DNA of 64,000 nt from Candidatus Zixiibacteriota bacterium (GTDB lineage: Bacteria; Zixibacteria; MSB-5A5; GN15; FEB-12): NCBI GenBank assembly GCA_049290195.1, contig JBATNE010000040.1:10127-74126 (forward strand), written 5' to 3'. Shown in pieces: positions 55,516-64,000 of this stretch. The notes below the pieces were generated by a model, which saw only the letters and a list, made by a program, of their open reading frames with translations, ran no database searches and had not been told where the DNA came from. The translations under genes were made by a program, and so were the position numbers. Every line of letters begins with the position of its first letter. The stretch's first letter is position 1.

Positions 55516-57125
55516 TGGATAGTCGGTATGATTTTGTCGTAGTCGGAAGCGGCATCGCAGGGCTATTCTACGCTCTCAAAGTGTCCGAGCACAATCCCAA
55601 GGCTCGGATCGCCATCGTTACCAAGAAAGCGGAAGACGTTAGCAATACCAATCGAGCGCAGGGCGGAATTGCCGCAGTGCTGGCCAACTCCGACTCTTTT
55701 GCATCCCATATCGCGGATACGCTACGAGTTGGTTGCGGCTTGTGCAACAAGGACGTCGTTGAGCGGATCGTCGAAGCAGGACCATCGGCAATTCAGGAAC
55801 TGGTCGATTTCGGCGTGGCCTTCACGATGTCCGGACCTGCCTATGATTTGGGCAGGGAAGGGGGGCATTCCGCCAACCGTGTTGCCCATGCCTCCGACTT
55901 GACTGGCCGTGAAATCGAACGGGCGCTGTTGGCTGCGATCAGAAGCAAGCCGGACACAATCCATATCTATCGAGACCATATTGTGCTGGATCTCATCCGC
56001 TATCGTAAGGCCGGTCTGCAGTCCTGTGCCGGCGCTTTCGTGTTTTCAGAGCATGAGCGAACATTCGACACATTTTTCGCGCCAGTGACTATGTTGGCGA
56101 CAGGAGGACTGGGTCAGGTCTATTACCATACATCGAACCCGGAAATTGCCACCGGAGACGGCATCGCGATCGCCTTCCGTGCCGGCGTTGCTGTTGCCAA
56201 CCTTGAATTCATTCAATTCCATCCGACCACTTTGTATAGTCCGGGAAGGGAACCTTTCCTGATTTCGGAAGCAGTGCGCGGCGAAGGAGGGCGACTCAAG
56301 GCAGTTGACGGGCGCTACCTGATGGAGGGTGAGCATCCACTGAAAGACCTGGCTCCACGCGATGTCGTTGCTCGTGCCATCGACCGGGAGCTGAAAGAGG
56401 GGGGCGAAGAATATGTGCACCTCGATTTGAGCCACCTTGATTCCGAGTTCATCAAGCATCGTTTCCCAAATATCTATCGCGAGTGCCTCAGACACGGATT
56501 CGACATTACCGTTGAGCCAATCCCGGTAGTACCTGCTGCCCACTATGCCTGTGGCGGCGTAGTAGCATCGCTCTTTGGCGAGACCAGTATGCCGGGGTTG
56601 TATGCGGCAGGCGAAGTTGCGATGAGCGGTATGCACGGAGCCAATCGGCTGGCTTCCAACTCCCTGCTTGAAGCCGTCGTGATGGCAAAATCGGCCGCGG
56701 CGCGTTCAGTGCAGTACTTTGGCGATGTCGATTTCCCCGATCAGGTTCCAATTGATAACACGCTCTATTCGTCGCTCTCATATCCGCGAGAGAAAATCCT
56801 TATCGCTCACGACCGGCGAGAATTGCGCCGGGTCATGTCGGATTTTGTGGGCATTGTGCGCACGGAAGACCGTCTCTTGCTCTCTCTTGAAAAGGTTAAA
56901 CACATTCGTTCAGCCATTGACCAGTATTATTTCGCGACCCCCGCCACCTATAACGTGGTCGAACTCCGCAATCTCGCATCGGTTGCCGAATTGATCATTC
57001 GGTGCGCAATTAGTCGACGGGAATCGCGCGGACTTCACTATCTGGTGGAGCGACCGGAACTGGACGACGCCTACCTTCGCGATACGGTCATTTGGCCAGG
57101 AAAGGAAATGGACATAGATTCATGA
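55515..57125 (+). CDS. nadB: L-aspartate oxidase
   Basis: FAD motif DFVVVGSGIAGL, QGGIAA, HPT, HYxCGG, RxESRG. Confidence 0.9.
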   Translation: MDSRYDFVVVGSGIAGLFYALKVSEHNPKARIAIVTKKAEDVSNTNRAQGGIAAVLANSDSFASHIADTLRVGCGLCNKDVVERIVEAGPSAIQELVDFGVAFTMSGPAYDLGREGGHSANRVAHASDLTGREIERALLAAIRSKPDTIHIYRDHIVLDLIRYRKAGLQSCAGAFVFSEHERTFDTFFAPVTMLATGGLGQVYYHTSNPEIATGDGIAIAFRAGVAVANLEFIQFHPTTLYSPGREPFLISEAVRGEGGRLKAVDGRYLMEGEHPLKDLAPRDVVARAIDRELKEGGEEYVHLDLSHLDSEFIKHRFPNIYRECLRHGFDITVEPIPVVPAAHYACGGVVASLFGETSMPGLYAAGEVAMSGMHGANRLASNSLLEAVVMAKSAAARSVQYFGDVDFPDQVPIDNTLYSSLSYPREKILIAHDRRELRRVMSDFVGIVRTEDRLLLSLEKVKHIRSAIDQYYFATPATYNVVELRNLASVAELIIRCAISRRESRGLHYLVERPELDDAYLRDTVIWPGKEMDIDS

Positions 57126-58663
57126 GTGTTCACCATGAGATGATATTGATCCTCGACTTTGGATCGCAGTACACCCAGCTCATCGCTCGCCGCGTTCGCG
57201 AGGCGCATGTCTATTGTGAAATCGTGCCGTTCAATGTCGATCTCTCTCACTATGCCGGTCGCAATGTGGCCGGATATATACTGTCCGGCGGGCCGGCATC
57301 GCTTGCCGACCCGGATGCTCCCCGACTCCCCCACGAATTTTTCAATATAGGGAAACCGATCCTCGGGATCTGCTACGGTATGCAGCTTCTGGCCGACCTC
57401 TTTGGCGGCGAATTGCAGCGAAGCGATACTAGAGAATATGGCCGTGCCATGTTTCACCCGAGGGAACAGTCAGGTGTCCTGGCGGGTGTTTCCGCATCCA
57501 GCCAGGTGTGGATGTCCCATGGGGATTCCATCAAACAGCTTCCCAGCGGTTTCAGGATAACCGGATCCAGCGATTCTCTCGAAGTGGCCGCAATCGCCGA
57601 TGACAACCGTCATGTCTATGGTCTGCAATTTCATCCGGAGGTCCACCACACGGCCGAGGGGCGTAAGGTCCTTCACAATTTCCTTTTCGATATCTGTAAA
57701 TTGAGAGGGGACTGGACGACAGAGTCGTTTATCGAAGAGAGTATTGGCAGAATTCGCGAGAAAGTCGGGGATCGAAAGGTCCTGCTGGGCATTTCAGGTG
57801 GAGTGGACTCGACCGTGGCCTCGGTGCTTCTCCATCGCGCTATCGGGTCAAAGCTGCACGCCGTCTTTGTCGACACCGGCTTGCTACGCAAGAACGAGTT
57901 TACCGAGGTCGTGACAATGCTCAGCACTCTCGGGATCAATTTGATTCCGGTAAATGCGTCCCGAATGTTCATGGAGCGCCTGACTGGAATCGAGGATCCG
58001 GAACAAAAGCGAAAGATAATTGGCAATACGTTTATCGATGTCTTCGAGGCCGAAGCAGACAAGCTTGGGCACGTTGATTTCCTGGCCCAGGGAACTCTAT
58101 ACCCGGATGTCATCGAGTCAGTCTCCTTCAAGGGGCCATCGGTTACGATCAAGTCCCACCACAACGTTGGAGGACTCAAGGAGAGAATGAGGTTAAGTCT
58201 CGTTGAACCGCTGAGAGAGCTGTTCAAAGACGAGGTTCGTGACTTGGGCCGAGCGCTGGGATTGCCGGAGCAGTTCATCCGGAGACATCCGTTCCCCGGC
58301 CCCGGTCTCGCGGTGCGCATCCTTGGCGATGTCACCGATGAACGGTGTGATTTGCTTCGAGAAGTTGATGCGATCTTCATCGAAGAACTTCACACGTTCG
58401 GCATCTATGACAGTATCTGGCAGGCATTTGCTGTCCTTCTGCCGGTCAAAGCCGTTGGCGTCATGGGGGATGAGCGCACTTATGAAAATGTCGTCGCGCT
58501 CCGAGCCGTAACATCAGTCGACGGGATGACCGCAGACTGGGCGCGTATAGACCATGATATCCTGGCCCATATTTCGAACCGAATTATTCGCCATGTACGA
58601 GGCGTTAACCGCGTGACATACGACATTTCATCGAAACCACCGGCAACAATCGAGTGGGAATAG
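57122..58663 (+). CDS. guaA: GMP synthase (glutamine-hydrolysing)
   Basis: GATase ILDFGSQYTQLIARRVRE..GICYGMQ..., PP-loop GISGGVDS, C-terminal ..KPPATIEWE. The start at ATG 57122 is an ATGA overlap with nadB. Confidence 0.92.
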   Translation: MSVHHEMILILDFGSQYTQLIARRVREAHVYCEIVPFNVDLSHYAGRNVAGYILSGGPASLADPDAPRLPHEFFNIGKPILGICYGMQLLADLFGGELQRSDTREYGRAMFHPREQSGVLAGVSASSQVWMSHGDSIKQLPSGFRITGSSDSLEVAAIADDNRHVYGLQFHPEVHHTAEGRKVLHNFLFDICKLRGDWTTESFIEESIGRIREKVGDRKVLLGISGGVDSTVASVLLHRAIGSKLHAVFVDTGLLRKNEFTEVVTMLSTLGINLIPVNASRMFMERLTGIEDPEQKRKIIGNTFIDVFEAEADKLGHVDFLAQGTLYPDVIESVSFKGPSVTIKSHHNVGGLKERMRLSLVEPLRELFKDEVRDLGRALGLPEQFIRRHPFPGPGLAVRILGDVTDERCDLLREVDAIFIEELHTFGIYDSIWQAFAVLLPVKAVGVMGDERTYENVVALRAVTSVDGMTADWARIDHDILAHISNRIIRHVRGVNRVTYDISSKPPATIEWE

Positions 58664-58697
58664 GGTCAATCGGTTTCCGGACAAGATTCCAAATCGG

Positions 58698-58726
58698 TTG
58701 ACAATCCTCTCGCTGAGGCATATTTT
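58698..58726 (+). promoter_or_regulatory. Sigma-70-like promoter candidate upstream of the polyprenyl synthase gene
   Basis: TTGACA (58698-58703), 17 nt spacer, then TATTTT (58721-58726), 40 nt before the ATG. Confidence 0.35.
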
Positions 58727-58765
58727 GGCTTGCGAATAGGCAATAGGGAACGACGCCGGTAGTAT

Positions 58766-59752
58766 ATGTTACTTGACACCAATCACTTAGCCGAGTATAC
58801 CCGTCCCGTCCAAGGGGACCTGGAAATATTCGACAAGAAACTCGGAGACTATCTCCGCGGCGATTCTCCGCTTATTTCTTCGATTGCCCGCCACTTGCTC
58901 AGGACAAAAGGGAAGAGGATCCGACCGGCCTTTGTCTTCCTGTCCTCTCGGGCCTCAGACAATTTCGGCGAACACTCCATCGACGCCTCTTTGGCGATCG
59001 AATTGATTCATACGGCAACCCTTCTTCATGATGATGTCGTCGACCAGTCGGAATTGCGTCGAGGCCAGACGACGGTCAATGCGCGATGGACCAATTTGAT
59101 ATCTGTTCTCATGGGTGACTATCTCTTTGCCAAGGCGTTTCGAATAATGGTTGATGCCAATTCGATCGCACTGGTCGATGCCATATCGAGAGCGACGGAA
59201 CGCGTTTCCGTCGGTGAACTCCGCCAGATCGAAGAGACCGGCAATTACACGCTATCTGAAGATGAGTACTTGGAGATTATAGCCGATAAGACGGCCTCTC
59301 TCTTCGCGGTTTCATGCGAAACCGGACCAATCCTCAAGCAGAAGCAGGCCTCCGAGCGCGAACGTTTCGCCGGATTTGGAGAAAAAATCGGGACCGCCTT
59401 CCAGGTAGCCGATGATCTTCTGGACTTTGTCGGAGATCCTGAGCTCACCGGCAAGCAGCCCGGCAACGATGTCTTGAATGGTAAAGTGACTCTCCCGCTT
59501 ATCTATGCGTTGAAGCAGGTCAGTGAATCATCGGCAAGAGAAGTCATTGAAAGTCTTAAAGGGGAGCGCGACGAAAAGACGTTTCATCGTATTCACTCCT
59601 TCGTCACGGAAAATGGCGGCATAGAATACGCGTATCGAAAAGCCGACGAACTGTGCCAGCAGGGTCTGGACTCGATCAAACCGCTCGGTGAATCCAAATA
59701 CTTTGATGCTCTGGTAGACATGGTTCAGTTTACCACCGCCAGAGCGTCGTAA
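58766..59752 (+). CDS. Long-chain polyprenyl diphosphate synthase (IspB/HepT-like)
   Basis: First DDxxD in LLHDDVVD and second in FQVADDLLD. 328 aa. The chain length cannot be read from the sequence. Confidence 0.85.
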   Translation: MLLDTNHLAEYTRPVQGDLEIFDKKLGDYLRGDSPLISSIARHLLRTKGKRIRPAFVFLSSRASDNFGEHSIDASLAIELIHTATLLHDDVVDQSELRRGQTTVNARWTNLISVLMGDYLFAKAFRIMVDANSIALVDAISRATERVSVGELRQIEETGNYTLSEDEYLEIIADKTASLFAVSCETGPILKQKQASERERFAGFGEKIGTAFQVADDLLDFVGDPELTGKQPGNDVLNGKVTLPLIYALKQVSESSAREVIESLKGERDEKTFHRIHSFVTENGGIEYAYRKADELCQQGLDSIKPLGESKYFDALVDMVQFTTARAS

Positions 59753-59821
59753 AATGCAGCCGACAAGCGGATTCTCATAAATCTCCGCAACCTGTCACAT
59801 TCCAGCGAAGTATAAAAGACA

Positions 59822-61993
59822 ATGTTTGGCCTGAAGGAATTTTCCGCAGATTTCCTGAGTTCTGTCCCATGGCTCGTATGGATAGCTATGCTCGGACTCT
59901 TGGCTCTCACTTTCCTGCTCTACTACCGCACCAACCCGACCATTCCCACTTATCTCCGCATACTGCTGGCGGGCCTGCGTGCTATAGCAGTTCTGGCGCT
60001 GGTCCTGGCACTGTTTGAGCCGGTCATCTCCTATCGTCGTGAACACTCGCGGGCGAGGCGAGTGTCAGTGTTAGTCGACAATTCGGGCAGTATGGACAAA
60101 GTGGAATTGGGGAAGAGCCGTGAGGCGCGCGTTGATTCGCTTCTGTCGTCATCGGAATTTGCTCAGTTGCGTTCCGATGCCGAAGTAAGCGTAAGCTACT
60201 TCGGTACCAACTTAGCTCCATCGGCTGACAAGGTCCACCGTGATGGGACAGGAATCGGTGAAGCCGCCTATATGCTATCCTCAGCGGAAGCTACCGCTCC
60301 CGCCGACAACTGGCTCTTACTGTCCGATGGTCGCTCCAACTCGGGGCGGGCACCGGCCCTTGCAATCACTGGCGGCCGTACCCCCATATCGACGGTAGAG
60401 ATATCGCGGGACCTAGGAGGTTTTGACGTTTCGCTCGAAAACGTTGACTTCAATCCCGTGATCTTTGCCGGCCAGCCGACTGAAATCAAGGCGACCATCT
60501 CCTGGCAGGGTGGCAAGGGAAAGACAACTAACGTTCGGCTGACCGATGGATCTCGAATTGTCGCCGAGTCTGCTTTCCCGCTGTCTGAAGAAAGTGGGAA
60601 GGGGGACATCATCATGAAGTACATTCCCGATCAGCCGGGACAGAAGCTCCTCAAAGTCAACCTCCCAACAATCGATGGTGAAGAGAACCAGGGAAACAAC
60701 GGCAAGACCATTTCGGTCAAGGTGCTCAAGAGCAAGATCCAGGTCCTGCTGGTGACATCGACTCCTGATTACGAAGTCGGTTTCCTGCGTCGGCATCTCC
60801 TTCAGGAAGACAAATACGAAGTCGATCTTCGCGCTCTCGGAACCAAGTCCGGTAATCTGGCCGGACGATTTCCGGCGTCCCAGACGGAGCTAAACCGGTT
60901 TGACCTGGTTATTCTGTACGATCCCGATCCGCAGTCGCTTAGTGCCTATCAGCAGGCTCTCAATTCCTATTTGTCGGACAGAGGTGGCGCAGTCTGGGTG
61001 CTCCTTGGTGACCAATTTGCCGGAAGGGGACCGGTCGAGTGGTTCAATCGAATGCTGCCATTTGCGCAATCGATCCGTCGACCGGTGGAGTACGTCGAGT
61101 TCCACGGTGAACCATCCGAGGAGAACCTCTTTCACCCGGCCGTTAAGCTTGCTGATGACCGCACCACAATACGGGAACTCTGGAATAATCTGCCACCATT
61201 CAAGTCCCTGGTTCGCTGCGATGTCGTCGACAAGAACAGCCAGATTCTTGCTTATGTCGCTCAGTCCGGCCGCTCTGATCTGAGAACTCCGATACTCGGG
61301 TTCAAGCGATTCGGTCCGGGCAAGCTGCTGGCTTCAGCGGCCTTACCGTTCTGGTCGTGGGGATTTCAGAGCATCGGGTTTGGCGGAGATGATTCAGCCT
61401 ATGTCAAGTTCATCGAAGGTACAACGCGGTGGCTGACAGTTCGGGACGACTTTGACCCCATTAGAATCGCACCGGAAAGCGATGTCTTTACACGGGGTCG
61501 ATCAGTCGTGTTCCTTGGCTACGCCTTCGATCAGGGATATCGTCCCATTGAAGGCGTCACCGGCAGCGTGGTGCTTAAGAACGAGTCACGTGGTACGGAT
61601 AATTCCTCCGACCTCATACCCAAAGGGGAAGGGAAGTATGAAGCTGGCTTCGACCAGTTGCCGCCCGGCACGTATGCCTATAAGGCGACAATGTCCCGCG
61701 ATGGAAAAGAACTGAAACGAGCCGAAGGGTCGATTGTCGTTGAGCCTTTCTCCCTTGAAGAATACGACCAGAGCGGGGACCCCACGACGCTGATGGCGGT
61801 CGCCAAAATATCGGGTGGGGAATTCTATACTATGGATAAATTCAGCGAAGCTATCAAGAAAATCAATGGGGGGAACGTCTCTGAAAGCAGGGCGGGCGAA
61901 TTTGTCCTCTGGAATCAGGGGTGGCTCTTGGCACTCTTCATATTGTGTCTGACGGCCGAATGGCTGCTGCGCAAGCTGAACCAGCTACTGTAG
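59822..61993 (+). CDS. Membrane-anchored vWA-domain protein (BatA-type N-terminal double-TM anchor, C-terminal TM)
   Basis: N-terminal helices (VPWLVWIAMLGLLALTFLLY; LAGLRAIAVLALVLALF). MIDAS-like VLVDNSGSM. C-terminal helix WLLALFILCLTAEWLL. Confidence 0.6.
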   Translation: MFGLKEFSADFLSSVPWLVWIAMLGLLALTFLLYYRTNPTIPTYLRILLAGLRAIAVLALVLALFEPVISYRREHSRARRVSVLVDNSGSMDKVELGKSREARVDSLLSSSEFAQLRSDAEVSVSYFGTNLAPSADKVHRDGTGIGEAAYMLSSAEATAPADNWLLLSDGRSNSGRAPALAITGGRTPISTVEISRDLGGFDVSLENVDFNPVIFAGQPTEIKATISWQGGKGKTTNVRLTDGSRIVAESAFPLSEESGKGDIIMKYIPDQPGQKLLKVNLPTIDGEENQGNNGKTISVKVLKSKIQVLLVTSTPDYEVGFLRRHLLQEDKYEVDLRALGTKSGNLAGRFPASQTELNRFDLVILYDPDPQSLSAYQQALNSYLSDRGGAVWVLLGDQFAGRGPVEWFNRMLPFAQSIRRPVEYVEFHGEPSEENLFHPAVKLADDRTTIRELWNNLPPFKSLVRCDVVDKNSQILAYVAQSGRSDLRTPILGFKRFGPGKLLASAALPFWSWGFQSIGFGGDDSAYVKFIEGTTRWLTVRDDFDPIRIAPESDVFTRGRSVVFLGYAFDQGYRPIEGVTGSVVLKNESRGTDNSSDLIPKGEGKYEAGFDQLPPGTYAYKATMSRDGKELKRAEGSIVVEPFSLEEYDQSGDPTTLMAVAKISGGEFYTMDKFSEAIKKINGGNVSESRAGEFVLWNQGWLLALFILCLTAEWLLRKLNQLL

Positions 61994-62335
61994 CGGTTTG
62001 GCAATCTTCTTGTATGCGTCGGTGACTACCCGCAAATCGACCCCCTCGGACAGCGCAATCTTCTCATCGCACAAGGCCTCAACGAGCTTCTTTATTCGTT
62101 CGGCACAGTGCAATATCTTTCCCAGTTGCTGACGCTGATCTTCGGACAGTCCTTCCGGCTCTGAGAGCATGAACTCGGCGTACCCGAGAATTCCAGCCAG
62201 CGGGTTGTTAATGTCATGGTTCATGGTCAGACAGTGGCCTATGTACGGCTTTAACGCCTGATAGATTGCCGGGTCATCAACTATGTTCTGCTCTGCCGAA
62301 ACATCCGGCTGGGTATTTGTCACAACTTCTTCCAT
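61985..62335 (-). CDS. Orphan histidine-kinase DHp (HisKA)-only protein, no sensor or ATPase domain
   Basis: H-box LTMNHDINNPLAGILGYAEFML followed by a second helix (QRQQLGKILHCAERIKKLVEAL). 116 aa. The 3-prime end overlaps the convergent vWA gene by 9 nt, so no room is left for a catalytic domain. Confidence 0.55.
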   Translation of the reverse strand: MEEVVTNTQPDVSAEQNIVDDPAIYQALKPYIGHCLTMNHDINNPLAGILGYAEFMLSEPEGLSEDQRQQLGKILHCAERIKKLVEALCDEKIALSEGVDLRVVTDAYKKIAKPLQ

Positions 62336-62502
62336 TGCTTTGGTAGCCCCCGAGGGCTCCCCTATTTCAGTAGTATCGACAGGTGAGCCCGGATTCCTTA
62401 CCCTGCGGGATTCCCCATCTACAGGGGCAAAACATTCCCCTTTATCATTGCGACATTCTCATCTATATTTGCAGCCGAGATACTGAATTTGAGAGGATTA
62501 GA

Positions 62503-63642
62503 ATGAAAATAGCGGTAATTGGCGCCGGATTGATGGGACGGGCTGCCGTCTTCGATCTGGCTCGAGCGAGCAACGTAGAGCAAGTCGGAGTTTTTGATGT
62601 CGATGGCCGGTTGGCCCAGGATGTCGCCAACAAGTTCGGTAATGGGATCGCGGTTGCGGCCCAGCTGGACGCGGGGGATGAAGCAGCCGCCACGGCAGCC
62701 CTCAAAGGGTACCAGTCGGTTCTATCCTGCGTAACCTATAGGTACAACCCGTCGCTGACCAGAGCAGCCATCGCCAACGAGTGTCACTTTGTCGACCTCG
62801 GCGGGAATAACGACGTCGTTCGATCCCAGTTCGAGATGTCAGCTGAGGCCCAGAAGGCAAATGTCGTCGTCATTCCGGATTGCGGTCTTGCCCCCGGAAT
62901 GGTCTCAATTCTGGTCGCCGATGGTATCGCAAAGCTCGACACGGTCAGTTCTGTCAAGATTCGTGTTGGAGGGCTACCCCAGTCACCACGCCCGCCGCTC
63001 AATTACCAGATGGTGTTTTCGGCGGAAGGGCTGATTAACGAGTACTGGGAGCCTTGTGTCATACTTGAAGACGGTAAGAAACGAACCGTCAATCCTATGT
63101 CGGCGACCGAACTCTTGTCTTTTGATGGTATTGGGAAACTGGAAGCCTTCTATACTTCCGGCGGCACCTCGACCTTGCCTGATACGTTTGAGGGAAAAGT
63201 CGATTTTCTCGACTACAAGACGATTCGCTACCCGGGGCACTGCCAGCTTTTCAAGACAATGCTGGAAATTGGACTGGCCTCGAGAACCAAGATCAAAGTC
63301 GATGATCAAATGGTCGAGCCGCGAGCACTTCTCAAGTCGGTTCTTGATAAGAATCTGAGCTTTGGGGATCCTGATTTGGTTCTGGTTCGGGTCACAATTG
63401 AAGGTGAGCACGGGGACGTATCCAAGTCAATCGTCTATGAAATCGTTGATCGCCAGGATTCCAAGACTGGTTTGACAGCGATGATGAGGACGACTGCGTT
63501 TCCTGCGGCGATCATTGCCTGGATGGCTGCGTCAGGTCAAATTGAACATCGCGGAACTGTCCCCCAGGAGATTGCCGTCAATCCCGGCATCTTTATCCCG
63601 CAGCTGAAGAAGCGCGGCATATTCCTGACTGTTAAAGAGTAA
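62503..63642 (+). CDS. Saccharopine dehydrogenase-family NAD(P)-binding oxidoreductase
   Basis: MKIAVIGAGLMGRAAVFDL Rossmann start (SD GAGAGGA upstream of ATG 62503), DCGLAPGM, GGLPQ, LINEY. The 40-aa extension to 62383 is unsupported. Confidence 0.75.
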   Translation: MKIAVIGAGLMGRAAVFDLARASNVEQVGVFDVDGRLAQDVANKFGNGIAVAAQLDAGDEAAATAALKGYQSVLSCVTYRYNPSLTRAAIANECHFVDLGGNNDVVRSQFEMSAEAQKANVVVIPDCGLAPGMVSILVADGIAKLDTVSSVKIRVGGLPQSPRPPLNYQMVFSAEGLINEYWEPCVILEDGKKRTVNPMSATELLSFDGIGKLEAFYTSGGTSTLPDTFEGKVDFLDYKTIRYPGHCQLFKTMLEIGLASRTKIKVDDQMVEPRALLKSVLDKNLSFGDPDLVLVRVTIEGEHGDVSKSIVYEIVDRQDSKTGLTAMMRTTAFPAAIIAWMAASGQIEHRGTVPQEIAVNPGIFIPQLKKRGIFLTVKE

Positions 63643-63668
63643 TTGAAGTGGCGTCCAACCTGTGGACC

Positions 63669-64000
63669 TTACCAGAGGTCCGCAGGGAAGACCACAGTGA
63701 GTCTGGCGTCCTTGCCTGGATAAACCGTGAGCGGGATTGCTATGGTATCGGTACTTGGTGTGTAGACCACTTTCAAAGTCAAATTTCCAATCGCAATCCC
63801 CGAAAAATTGAAATAACCATCACTGCTGGGATGGGTCGAATCAATGACTAAGCTTCCGCCACTCGGATGCTGGAGTTGTACCCAAAGGGAGTCTTTGGAC
63901 ACGGCACCGGGGACTTCATTATCGGCATCTCGTATGTAGCCAGTTACGGAGTTCGATAACAAGTCGGCGTGCGAGCCTGCAAATATCTTGTCGATATTGC
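63669..64000 (-). CDS. Hypothetical protein, C-terminal part only (the ORF stays open to the window edge); Ig/CarboxypepD_reg-like beta-sandwich suspected
   Basis: The reading frame stays open from 63962 to 64000 (..NIDKIFAGSHAD LLSNSVTGYIRD..). The beta-rich segment reads GYFNFSGIAIGNLTLKVVY. Confidence 0.4.
   Translation of the reverse strand, partial: NIDKIFAGSHADLLSNSVTGYIRDADNEVPGAVSKDSLWVQLQHPSGGSLVIDSTHPSSDGYFNFSGIAIGNLTLKVVYTPSTDTIAIPLTVYPGKDARLTVVFPADLW

Noticed and set aside
1-64000. Mobile elements, prophage, defence islands or biosynthetic clusters
   Set aside because: No integrase, transposase, nuclease/ATPase defence signatures, PKS/NRPS or phage structural motifs were seen in any of the supplied translations. 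Composition is fairly uniform apart from short AT-rich promoter regions.

Overview
This 64-kb segment looks chromosomal. I recognised no transposase, integrase, rRNA, tRNA or CRISPR array. It appears to come from a diderm, probably anaerobic bacterium. T9SS-type C-terminal sorting tails, TamA/TamB, lipid A genes and soluble hydrogenases suggest an uncultivated FCB-superphylum-like lineage, but that is inference only. I call about 46 protein genes.

Left third: a partial Ser/Thr kinase-TolB fusion, a T9SS cargo protein, TamA/TamB, an OmpA protein with thrombospondin-3 repeats, a 1190-aa M16 peptidase, a beta-helix exoprotein, a LytS/LytTR two-component pair, an LpoB-like lipoprotein pair, a HAD hydrolase and GdhA.

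Centre (25.6-35.8 kb): a 10-gene, translationally coupled operon. It merges heterodisulfide reductase (HdrC, HdrB, HdrA), a NuoE/NuoF/HoxU-type NADH diaphorase and an Mvh-type [NiFe] hydrogenase (MvhD, MvhG, MvhA plus endopeptidase). HdrA is encoded as two halves, and the diaphorase genes sit in the break. This is the most unusual feature of the window.

An AP-family phosphoesterase and NadE follow on the minus strand. Then comes a second soluble [NiFe] hydrogenase operon of sulfhydrogenase (group 3b-like) type, with a stand-alone cNMP-binding-domain gene embedded in it.

Right third: an omptin-like outer-membrane protease, a T9SS protein with cohesin-like and dockerin-like modules, HtrA, a DMT transporter, and the string Gfo/Idh/MocA-lpxB-waaA-lpxK-nadB-guaA. 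After that come a polyprenyl synthase, a vWA membrane protein, an orphan DHp-only histidine-kinase-like ORF and a saccharopine-dehydrogenase-like enzyme.

The 2.24-2.76 kb intergenic region holds a family of nested GC-hairpin repeats. All family calls rest on motifs read by eye from the supplied translations. No database search was run.
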